DNA of 33,970 nt, taken from assembly GCA_000934665.2 (NCBI GenBank), contig KZ538018.1, positions 124,001 through 157,970 on the forward strand, written 5' to 3'. This DNA comes from Catajapyx aquilonaris (taxonomy: Eukaryota). Position 1 is the stretch's first letter. The number at the start of each line of letters is the position of its first letter. Of the stretch, positions 24,389-33,970 are shown piece after piece. A model generated the notes under the pieces. It was not told where the DNA came from. It did not search any database and was given only the letters and a program-made list of their open reading frames with translations. The position numbers and the translations under genes are program-made.

Positions 24389-26599
24389 CTATGTTGTCAG
24401 AACAATGGAGCTGCGCGAATGTGGGTGCGCACTCGTTTTTGCAGCAAATACCATGAAATGTGTGAATATTTTTCTCCTTTTTTGAGAGAGCCTTGCAATT
24501 TAGAACAAAGTGCTGAAAATCCGATGAATCCCACGCCTTTTGGGAGTGTTTGTCTGAGACACACCTCCCCACCTGACTTGACATCTCCCTTTCCCGCACA
24601 TTCATTTGCCAAAATGCAGATCGATTCCCACGAATTCATTTCCACCGAGGGAATAATTCATCCGTCCCCTAGAGGCTTCCGAAGGAAAGAGACGAATCGA
24701 GTTATTCCCCCTCCACCCACTCACCCAAAGGATCCTTTTAAAAGGGGTGCCTTAATATTGAGCTTCATTGCGCATGCGGAAATCCTGTGGAGGTGAAAGT
24801 AACGGTGACTTTGAAACATGTTTTTTCCTTTCCATGTGCTTTTTGTCCCGTTTTGAACAGACACGTGTGTTTTTAGGTGTGTGTGTTGTAGTATGGATAG
24901 AGAATGGTGGCCCATCCCTTGTCCCTTTGGTGGGAGTGAAAATTTAGAGGGCGGAACGGAACGCAAAAGGGGCTGGAGAGAAGCAGACACATTTCAGCTG
25001 TGGTTAGAGTAGGGCGCATAAGGTTTGGTCCTGGCTGCTTTGGAGGAGAAAAGATAAGACATCTTATCCAGGGTGAATAGGGGGAATGGGAAGGTCTCAG
25101 AAGCAGACACCCGGGTGCATTATGGTGGGGGGACTTAATTTTCTGAGGGAGAGAGAGGAGAGGATCCAGTTTTAGTGTGAGGGGTTCAGACTATACCGGA
25201 AGCGGTCGCTGGGGACATCAACAGGTTGCTGGCTCGAGTTATGTAAGTTGGAAGTTTCGATAGTTCAACCTGAAGTTTATAGGCTTGTGTTGTAAACAAA
25301 AAGAGTCACACAGACAGGTCATCCAAAATAATTGGGTTAATTGAATATCAGAAAACATTTTGTAACCAAAAGTATTTTAGTGCAATTTCTATCACTGTGC
25401 AAAGTTTCAGTACTCTCAGTAGTCTAGAAGTGTGTTAGGTAGCCCGTACAAACTTATGTACAAACTTTCTTGTCTGTACTATGAGAGATATGTGCAATTT
25501 GCGTTGGTGATCGGTCATATCCGGTGATATTTTCGGTTCAATCTAGACTTAGATGTTCCGTATAGCATGTACTTGGTAACTGCATAAACTAGCAAATAGT
25601 TAGCGGTATTTAAGAGTGCAATGACAGGGATTAGGGCTCCAAGGCTACGTGGGTTAATCCGACAGGAAGTGGTCGCAAATTGCAAGCTATGCAGCTAATT
25701 AAGCGTGATTGTCATAAATATGTCCTTGAAAACTTTTAACTTATTTAGAGCGAGACATATTGAGAGAAAAAAATGAGGGTGTAATCAATCATCGTAACAA
25801 TGCAAATATCTCATCATTGTACAGGTCGTTTCCGCATCCGTTTTCAAGGTAATCTCGCTTAATTAGCCAATTACTCTTAGGTTAGTAATGAATCCTGTCC
25901 CTTAGCCGGTTTATGTGTAGCAACACAAGATGCATTAATTTTAAACTTCGTATAAACAAGTTTCGGATTATTTTAGATCCGGCGCGCGGCGTCTCTGAGG
26001 TGTGTTTAGCTTAAAATTTTGTCAGTTCTAGGTGGGGCTATAAAAGCTGTAAATTTTTTTGGAGGGGGCGTAAATTGTGGTAATCCTTGCATCTGATTAA
26101 AGAGAGTGTCGTGGGAAACGAAATGAAATTGCAGAAATGTGTGGAAGGGTCGAAGTGCCTCCTTCCTGTCTTTGTCTTCCTTTTTTTTGTGTGTGTGCAC
26201 ATTTATATTTTTGCGCTAATGAATGGTGTAGCCTTAACCTCCAGGGTATGACCGAGGTTATACTCTTTTTTTTAAAGGTGTACGCAGGCGTGGAATTTGC
26301 TGCCGAGTGAGGGCCAAAAACTTTTTGTGTTTACGGTCGGATAATATTGACTTTCAGTAAAGTAAATAGTCTCAAATTGGAGGAGATTGTTGACTGACAT
26401 TTGATAACCTGCTTGTTCGATGGGGGTCTAATCGACAGGGCAAACAGAAATCACTTGGCTGTATTGTACTGTAATTAACGAATAATTAGCCCCCCCATAA
26501 TAAGTTTGCTTTAAGGCAGTTTTATCCCAAATATGTATCACTGTCCTTCACTTAAAAAAAAGGTGACCCTGCAGCTAATAATTGTGTTGTTTGTTTCAG

Positions 26600-26732
26600 G
26601 TCCCCAGTTGAAAACTACGTCAGCAAGTAGCTCCAGGTCAACAAGTCCAGCCAATGGTGGTGCCCAGTCCTTGATTCCGGCGCCCAGAAGCGGCGCCAGA
26701 ACTTCGCTCAACGAAAAACACATTGGTTCCAG
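26600..26732 (+). CDS. sick: NAV/sickie coding exon (GPQLKTTSASSSRSTSP...QSLIPAPRSG...IGSR)
   Basis: Acceptor ttgtttcag|GT, donor CCAG|gtaata. 133 nt, phase 1 in and phase 2 out. Ser-rich with an SLIP motif. Confidence 0.88.
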
Positions 26733-28864
26733 GTAATATTTCCCATCATCAATATTTATTTTTAAATATTTTTAAAAGCTTCGCACGCTTTTGTAGAATA
26801 AAAGGGGGGGTTCTAAAGCTCCAAAGGCGAGNGGGCAATATAGGGGATGGTTTGGATATGGCAGGGTCGTATGTACAAATGGACTGTTTTAGGATGGGTG
26901 TATTGTAGGAAGGGAGAGCAAGTGCTGGGGTAACGGAATACCGTTACACTTCCCACTCGCATGCTCCAATTTGGAATGATTTGGTCCAATCAAGCGCTTG
27001 TGATTGGCACGAACTCTCCAATGGAACTAGGAGGACTAATGGGATTTGTTTTGAAGCCTGTTCTAGTCGATCGGGGGACGAATTTTTCACGCTTGACTTA
27101 TTCGCGCGAGTTGCACTTCTCTCTCCATCGGATTTTTAATTTATCGCTTGTTTTTTTCACGTCCAATAAATCAATACTACATCATGCGTGAATTTTTCAA
27201 AAAAACAAAACTGTTATGAACTGCTGATGTAACATTTTCCCACTTTCGACAGTAGTTGTTACATAAAAAAAATTAAAGGAAATCTGTCATAGCAATTATC
27301 TTCGTGTGGATTGACAATTGGAAAACATTTTAACAAGAGTCTAATAATAAATTCATACCGTAGGCTATATTGTTTGAGACAAGTCCAGCTTGATGAACAA
27401 GGCAGGCATATTGTTATTGATGACAAAGTTGAGCCTATTAATTAGTGACACGAAGAGGTGATGAGTGTCATGAAAGAATGAAACAGGAGGGATGGATATA
27501 AATGACACAAACATGTCTATTATCCACGCATCAATTAACACCGGGAATTTAATACACCAATAAGCGTTGTTTACAGCTCGGCCTGTCTGTTGTTCAGGGT
27601 CGCTGACCTTTTGGGATAAAAATTTAAGCCCTTATTCATCACATGGAACCGCAACGATATTAAGAGCGAAACGCAATTTTTTGGTCGTAAATTCCTGCAA
27701 GATTTTTGTAGTACAGGGTGCTACAGGGAGTACTAATTAATATTGTTCAACCACTACTTTGAAGCAATCAGTTTCATACTTAATCAAAAATATTAGCTTT
27801 AAACATGAGATGTAATGATATTAATTGCATGGATTTCGAACAGTGCACCATCATGTATAGACAGGCTTAATTGCATCAATTGTGGATGGTATGCACTGTA
27901 CGGCTTGTTACTTTAGAGAAACGTGTTCACCCAGCCGCATACCCGGAATCTGCTGCATTATGCACTGTAACCTCAAGGAACTAAGCGCATTGCACTTCCA
28001 TCACTGTACAATCGTCAAGCAAGCAAGCTTGACGACATGAAACCTCTCAGCTAAAGTGACTGCAGAGATTCTGCAAAAAAAAAACTAAACAAAATCGTTA
28101 AAGCCGACATCGTGAATTCAAATTGTCTATTTCGCCATCCGGGAAGAGAGTGCGGACCTTTGCAAAAAAAAAATTTGAATATTCGGGAACTTGGATTCAT
28201 GCTAATAACAAAGCAGGAAGTATTTCACCGCGAGTTTTGAACCGTATCAGCAAAGTAGGAAATTCCGCAGAAAATTAATTACGGCAAAGTTTGTGGAGGT
28301 ATACCGAACATTCAGCGAACGGCGAGCAGGAAGATAAAATGACCTGACTCTGCAAGATAATTGTAATATCGATTTTAGCAAATTACGAAAATTGCGTTGT
28401 GGAATTTCAGCAGGAATGTTAATTGGTAGAGGACACAACTCTATAGGATAGGCGCGTTAGAAATGAACTTTTAAGAGTTATTACTGAAATGTATATATTG
28501 AAGGCCAACATTTTTAAAGAGGCCTATGAGAGCAGTTAGGCTCCAACGGTTCGTAATTTACCAAAAAAAAAGAGCGATAAAAGTGAATGTGAATGAGCAT
28601 GTCTTTCGCCTGACTAGAGTAAGTGCTCTCATTTGAAGTTTTAAAAGCGAGATCCGTGGCGCCACAGCTTTCAATAGCTTTGCCTTGATGACGCCATGTG
28701 ATGAGAGAAATGCCCAATTTCTTCGGGCTCTTATCACCGGAAATCTACAGGGTGGCCCAAGGGTGGGCTTAAAAGTTTGTTCACCTCAGCAACCACTTTA
28801 AATAGGCATTAATTTCTTCTTCTTTTAAAATTGATGAACTTAATGGATGTTTTATTGTCGACAG

Positions 28865-29043
28865 GAACATTAGTGGTCAGCAAACGACTGGCAGGACATC
28901 ACTCAGGGCACCGGGGTCGGCGCAGGTGAATTCTGGTATTACATATGCGCCTGCAGCTCCTGGTCAACAAGGTGGGAAGAATTCTATGCTGGACAAGTTC
29001 AAGTTCTTCAACGCCAAGGACAAAGGAGAGCGGAACAAAAGTG
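28865..29043 (+). CDS. sick: NAV/sickie coding exon containing SMLDKFKFFN
   Basis: Acceptor tttattgtcgacag|G (phase 2), in frame with ORF 28926, donor AGTG|gtgaga (phase 1). SMLDKFKFFN resembles the conserved SMLEKLKLFN segment of vertebrate NAVs. Confidence 0.88.
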
Positions 29044-29109
29044 GTGAGATATCCCATAACAACCTAAAGAAAATGACACGGAATATTAACTCGACTCTTT
29101 CCTATACAG

Positions 29110-30101
29110 GTTCGGGTGTGTCGAAACGTACCTCCAGTTCCAGCGGGTTCAGCTCGGCTCGCTCGGAAAGAAGTGATTCGTCGACAAGCCTGTGCAGCGA
29201 GAGCAAGCCGGCGGTGGTAGAGACAAAGACTGAACCTGTTCAGACGGTGGTGAACGACAACCTGAACGTCCACAACGGTCCAAAGCCATCCTCAGGGACA
29301 AGGTCGCTTCGAAGCAAGGTCGGAAAAGTGTCCAATGCCCGCGACTCGAAGCAGAACTCTCCCAAGTCGTCCAGGAAGGAAGAGAGCAGCAGGCATTCGT
29401 CCAAGAGCACAGGAACCATGAAGGAGGCAAAGCACGCAAAGGACGAGAAGAACAAGGCCAGCGAGGACAGCCCGAAGAAGAAGCACGAGAAGATCTCATA
29501 CAACCCGCCTCTGGAGGTGGACGCCCCGGTGAAGCAGTCCAAGATATCCAGCCTCTCAACCAGACAGCATCAACGAAACAGTGTGATCGAGGAACCGTCT
29601 GTGTCGCCTCCTCCTCCAGCACCTGGGTCGGGCATACCCAAACCGACGGCTGCAGTCAAAGGAACAAGCCAGGCGCCTAAGGCGTCGTCGGTGCCGCCGG
29701 TGTCCAAGGAGGAATCGGAGTCGGACACTAACAGGATGGCCATGTCGTCCAGGGGCAGCAGCAGTGCGTCGCTACCCAGGGTGCAGAAGCAGCTGGGGCG
29801 GCCCAGGGGCGAGGAGGCCATCAGCGTGGCCATGGTGTCGCCGATGCCCAAGGAGAAGGGCGAGTGTGTGGCGCCCAGTGAGAGCGGGTCCAACATAAGT
29901 GAGTCCAGCCACTCCAACTCCAACGGACCATCCAACTCCAACTCCTCTGAGAGCAGCGTTATATACAAACCGGGTTCTGAGAGCAGTGCCAGTGATATAT
30001 GCAAGCCCCTCTTAGAGAAAGTGGGCTCCACCAAAGTTGGAGAAGGTGTCACCACTACGCCTACTAGAAGGGACAGTGGCACTCCTGATCAGTCAGAAAA
30101 G
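29110..30101 (+). CDS. sick: Large Ser/Lys/Pro-rich NAV/sickie coding exon (KRTSSSSGFSSARSE, SGIPKPTAAVKG, VAMVSPMP)
   Basis: Acceptor ctttcctatacag|GT. 992-nt open frame with GC-rich third positions. Best phase-0 donor is AAG|gtcaat at 30102, which matches the phase-0 acceptor at 31176. The 3' boundary is less certain because this donor is weak. Confidence 0.88.
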
Positions 30102-30104
30102 GTC

Positions 30105-30173
<69 letters not shown>
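30105..30173. repeat. (AAT)23 microsatellite at the 5' end of the intron
   Basis: 69 nt of perfect AAT repeats starting at intron position +4. Confidence 0.97.
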
Positions 30174-30174
<1 letters not shown>

Positions 30175-30558
30175 GGCTAAAATTTTGTGAAAATACATTA
30201 TGGAGAGAGGTTCAATATGGACAGATTTCAAGCATTTTCCAATGTCTCATATTACGTTATAATGCCAGGAGTTGCTACTCTGTGAAAGCTAAGTGCTGTT
30301 ATTTCTATGGATAGCAGGCTACTGGAAAACTATCCAAATGGACCTACTGTTAAAAATAATAGGTCAAAATGCATTTGTGTAGGATAAAATTGTGACTGTC
30401 CTTATTATGCATTGACTTTCTCCTTTGTATTTAATGAAAATCCACATTCATTGAATTAACATCAAGATTTTCTCATTGATATTCTCAGAAGTCTTTGTAG
30501 TATAGCCTACCAAACGAGGACAACTTTAAAAAAAAATTATATGATTTTATTGCACTCA

Positions 30559-30612
30559 CAGTAAAATTAACAAGAATAAATCCTACAGTAAAAATGACGA
30601 GAATAAATCCTA
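30559..30612. repeat. 27-bp tandem duplication, each copy containing AATAAA
   Basis: CAGTAAAATTAACAAGAATAAATCCTA and CAGTAAAAATGACGAGAATAAATCCTA differ at 3 positions. Confidence 0.85.
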
Positions 30613-31175
30613 GGTCTGTCCTAATCACTTCTACTTGGGAGGGCTTCACTTTTTACTCGTTAGTATTCAGGAGAGAGTTGCCTGTGACGTTTGCAAATGG
30701 CCTGTCATTACATAAGATCAAACCGCAGAGATATTTGGCCAAGAGACACCAATTCTATGTGCGATGTCAACAAATCATCGCATGATGCAAAGGGATCTCA
30801 AAAGAAGATGCTTGTCTATTGGTTACAAGGGTGGTCAGTTGAAAGACATCTGCCCCAAAAAATGGCGACGCGCAATTTTAATTGACAATGCCGATGCTTT
30901 TTTTTTGCCAATTTAAAAGTTTGGAAGAAGTTTCGTGTCGCCTGTCATTTTGTGACGTGCGGTGTAACTCGACCCATCAGTCAACCTTTGATTTAAATCA
31001 GTGTCTGGCATTCACACTGAAGATGTCTGCTTGAGATTGCAGCACTTTCTCCATTTCACAATAGTGGTCGTATCGGCTGTGGAATTTGCATTCTTGAATA
31101 ACTTGCCATTTCTAAGTATAATCACAACAGTGTTATGTTTTTAATTAATAACATTTATTGTTTTTTTCCATTCAG

Positions 31176-31350
31176 ATTTTGAATCAGGATATACCAAATG
31201 TGAATGGGAAAGAGGCTGGAGAGGAGGATGACCTGGTGATGAACGTGAAGCCAATGCAGCCAATCCTGTACGCCTCACCATACGGATACCTCAGGGGTCT
31301 TGGTCTCTCACCCAAGAATACACCGCCAAGTGTTCACATGACTCGCATGA
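31176..31350 (+). CDS. sick: NAV/sickie coding exon (ILNQDIP...MNVKPMQPILYASPYGYLRG...MTRM)
   Basis: Acceptor ttttttccattcag|ATT, donor ATGA|gtaagt. 175 nt, phase 0 in and phase 1 out. Confidence 0.9.
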
Positions 31351-31424
31351 GTAAGTACGATGAATAACTCCTTTTGCCAAAACGGGGAGCTGGTGTGTGA
31401 CACATGCTAATTTCTCCTTTCCAG

Positions 31425-31583
31425 GTTATCATGCGGAAAATCAAGGCAGTCCCAAATTCGTGGCATCCAACAGGACATTGTACTCATCTCCTCATGATCC
31501 ATACCGTTTCCTTCACAATATGAAGATCCGAAGTGCTGTCGATCCAGACTACAGCGACATTGAAAGCATGGACTTTGCCACAG
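31425..31583 (+). CDS. sick: NAV/sickie coding exon (YHAENQGSP...DPDYSDIESMDFAT)
   Basis: Follows a 74-nt intron with branch-like gctaa and acceptor ctttccag|GT. Donor ACAG|gtgcga. 159 nt, phase 1 on both sides. Confidence 0.9.
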
Positions 31584-32092
31584 GTGCGACACATTAATTT
31601 GGAAAGATAACTCATTAGACCCAGTGGAGAGTAATTTGAAAAACTCAGCGGGTGCTTTAATAATTATAACCCAGGAAAGGAGAGCTCTGCAAAGTTACAT
31701 TTTAGAGGAAGTTTGCTGCTTCCCAATTCTCTGCATTTAGAAGCCTCCGAAAGAGAGATGGGTGGGTTGAAAGAGGGTGAGCGGAATAATTATCATGTCA
31801 TGGGCATCCCTCGGCTGGGAAGCTGTGTGTGTGAACGGAATTGCAGATTGCAAAGAAAATCTCATTTGCACAAAAAAATGGGGTAGGAAAACTCTGATGT
31901 CAAGAATACTCGGTGCAATCCAATTACATCTGGAGTACTCTCCACTTAATTTCATGAGGAGAAAAATATGATTGTTGGTTTAACCAAGAGCGTTTAACTA
32001 ATGCCCACAATAATTTTTAGCAGAGTTTTCTGATGGGGTGTCCAATTATTAATAACTATAATACTGATGTTGTTATTCATTTCATTGTTTAG

Positions 32093-32273
32093 GTTACATG
32101 TCTGATGGTGATGTCCTGAAAGGAGGTGGGATCCTTCGACCTGCATTGAACGATTCCCATGATGGTTACCTCTCAGAAGGAGGTGCTTCTCTGTATGCAA
32201 GACGGATGCAAGCCCGCTTTCGAGAGGCCATGCAAGCGACCAAGGAAGGAAAGGGATTAATCACAGATGATAG
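32093..32273 (+). CDS. sick: NAV/sickie coding exon with GYMSDGDVL and GYLSEGGASLYARR motifs
   Basis: Acceptor ttgtttag|GT, donor GATAG|gtgagt. 181 nt, phase 1 in and phase 2 out. Translates GYMSDGDVLKGGGILRPALNDSHDGYLSEGGASLYARRMQARFREAMQATKEGKGLITDD. Absent from the ORF track. Confidence 0.94.
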
Positions 32274-33970
32274 GTGAGTAGCTATACTCAGCTGGACACT
32301 TTTTGATCGCTGTCACTGGTGTCATACCTATCTGATGGGGGCACTTTTAAGTCTCTAAACATGGCAACTCGTGCGCAATAATTAAACAAATTTTTAGCCA
32401 CAACTTCAGGGATATCCGTCATAATCCAAATGGCATGTCGCTGTCAGCCAAAGTGACGTAAGTGCTAAAGTTGCTCGCTGCGGGCAAGGTAACTCAAAAC
32501 CGCATAAGCTCATTTGGCTAATTGCAAAGTGCCAGTAACTTGCATTTGATTTCCGTGTCGCCAGGGACAAATTCCAGCCATCGGCTATTGCTTGCCCTAG
32601 GTGCCGAATTTGTGTGGCCTTTTTTTTTTTTAAAGCAATGCAGATATCCTAGCTGCTAACCTCTCCTGTGTCGCGGGAGAGTCTATCAATCAGGATGCAG
32701 GAAAATATTTCCGCGACACATTCAGCATAATTTGACTGCCTCAATTAATATATCTGGCCAAATGAAATCCTGGCTTTAGTTGAATCTGTGTGGAAAAAGA
32801 ATGTATAATTCATCAGGTGCTGAGTTTTTGTTCCGAGAGATGGCAGTGGATTTCCTGTGTGCAGACGACTCTCTCTCACACAGAGAAAGTTCTTGATTAT
32901 ACATTTATGAACATTTGGAGAGCTTTCCGTGCGGTGCTCGACCAAGTGGAAACTATAGTTTCTGGGCTTTTGACTCGGGGTTTTTCAGAAAAGCCTGTAC
33001 TTTGTGCTTGAAGTTGAGATGGAAGGTGTTGGATGGGAGCCTCTCAAAAGAAAGGAAAAAAAAAGTTTCAGATCGGGTTTAATAGGCTAGTTCCAAAATC
33101 ATGTCGGATTACATGTCTAGCCGTGCAGTCAAATTTTTTTTTAAAGAGGCAATGTTCCGCAAATAATGTAACTAGATTTGGCACTAGTTTTAGTACATTA
33201 CACACAACTTGTAACGAAGCTTTGTGCCCCATTGTTTGGGAAGTACCGCTTTTCAACAGTTAATGAAGTAAAGCACTGTACAGTACACAGTTCACCTACT
33301 AAGTCCACATTTCTATGGAGAGCCTACGGATTGTTTGTCAGCTACTGTTCGAGAGGAAAATAAGCATGCGTGCATGCCAACTGAAAGAGCATGTTACACA
33401 ATTTCTAATCAGTTCTGGATGTATTTTAGCAAATCATTTTAAAATGTCATTTATTCCTTTTCCGTCACTTTGTAACTGCTACAGCCCAGCACCATTGTTA
33501 ACTTGTGGACTTGCGCAGTCTGTAACGTAGATAGGTAATATCCTCAATATTACAGACAATACGCCTCCAGTTTGCACATTTCACCCGGGTCATATAGATT
33601 GCATACAGTTCCATGTTCCGCAACCCGTATAGAACTAGACCTCAAATGTGCGGCAGGTGCTTTTTTGGGGCAACAACAAAAGAGGGGAGGTGTGAGTTGT
33701 AAATGGAAATGTTATTGTTGTAGTCTACACCATATCTGGCTGGCAGATCGATGCCCACCGGTGCGGTTGAGGGTGAAGTTCGCTGAAGTTCGCGATTTGC
33801 CTAATGGCCCCCCCTTTTATACCTCCAAGCATACCATTTTGGGGGGGGAAGCCTAGGGTCATTCATTCCTGATCCTTTTCCTCTTTTATATATATACGCC
33901 CGTAACGAAGTGCCCCTGACATAAACGCGGTACGTGCAAAATCGAACCCAATGGCCTCTTTCTCATGGGG

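Larger units (their letters stand above)
4637..32273 (+). other. sick: Partial gene span of a neuron navigator / sickie / unc-53 family gene (8 internal coding exons; gene extends beyond both window edges)
   Basis: Exons join with GT-AG sites and consistent phases (0|2|1|2|1|0|1|1|2). The product has a CH-domain C-terminus (DIRDGNLKAILGLFFALSRHKQ), SMLDKFKFFN, SGIPKP, GYMSDGDVL and GYLSEGGASLYARR, motifs I recognise from NAV/sickie proteins. Confidence 0.92.

Noticed and set aside
26832..26832. Ambiguous base N
   Set aside because: Single intronic sequencing ambiguity with no biological meaning.
29149..30082. Minus-strand ORFs of 157, 100 and 170 aa
   Set aside because: Antisense shadows of the GC3-rich navigator exon, with no independent protein features.
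28926..30314. 462-aa ORF as a stand-alone intronless gene
   Set aside because: It starts at GTG inside an exon and is explained by two exons, a 66-nt intron and intron read-through.
1..33970. CRISPR arrays, operons, tRNA/rRNA genes or a prokaryotic defence system
   Set aside because: No repeat-spacer array or RNA gene recognised. The window is spliceosomal-intron-containing animal DNA.

Overview
Eukaryotic, probably arthropod, genomic DNA (TTAGG repeats, TCAGTY initiator-like motifs; the taxon cannot be narrowed further). The whole window lies inside one large + strand gene, a neuron navigator / sickie / unc-53 family member. Eight internal coding exons can be joined through GT-AG sites with consistent phases: 4637-4887, 11139-11266, 26600-26732, 28865-29043, 29110-30101, 31176-31350, 31425-31583 and 32093-32273. 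Together they give 2198 nt, about 732 aa, running from the end of the CH domain through SxIP motifs to the GYMSDGD and GYLSEGG motifs. The start of the gene and its C-terminal coiled-coil/AAA region lie outside the window. The most interesting signals are two candidate internal first exons. The first (10448-10512) encodes an MGNSNS N-myristoylation consensus and the second (16774-16891) starts MFCVKLFGWG. Each lies downstream of an initiator-like motif and has exactly the splice phase needed to join the next exon, predicting CH-less isoforms that may be lipid-anchored. Other features are an in-frame 66-nt intron, a weak donor followed by an (AAT)23 read-through with downstream AATAAA signals, a CAGGGTG/TA MITE family, a head-to-head TTAGG hairpin element and a perfect 30-bp palindrome. 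Most ORFs in the supplied track are intronic noise. All calls were made by eye, with no database or expression data.
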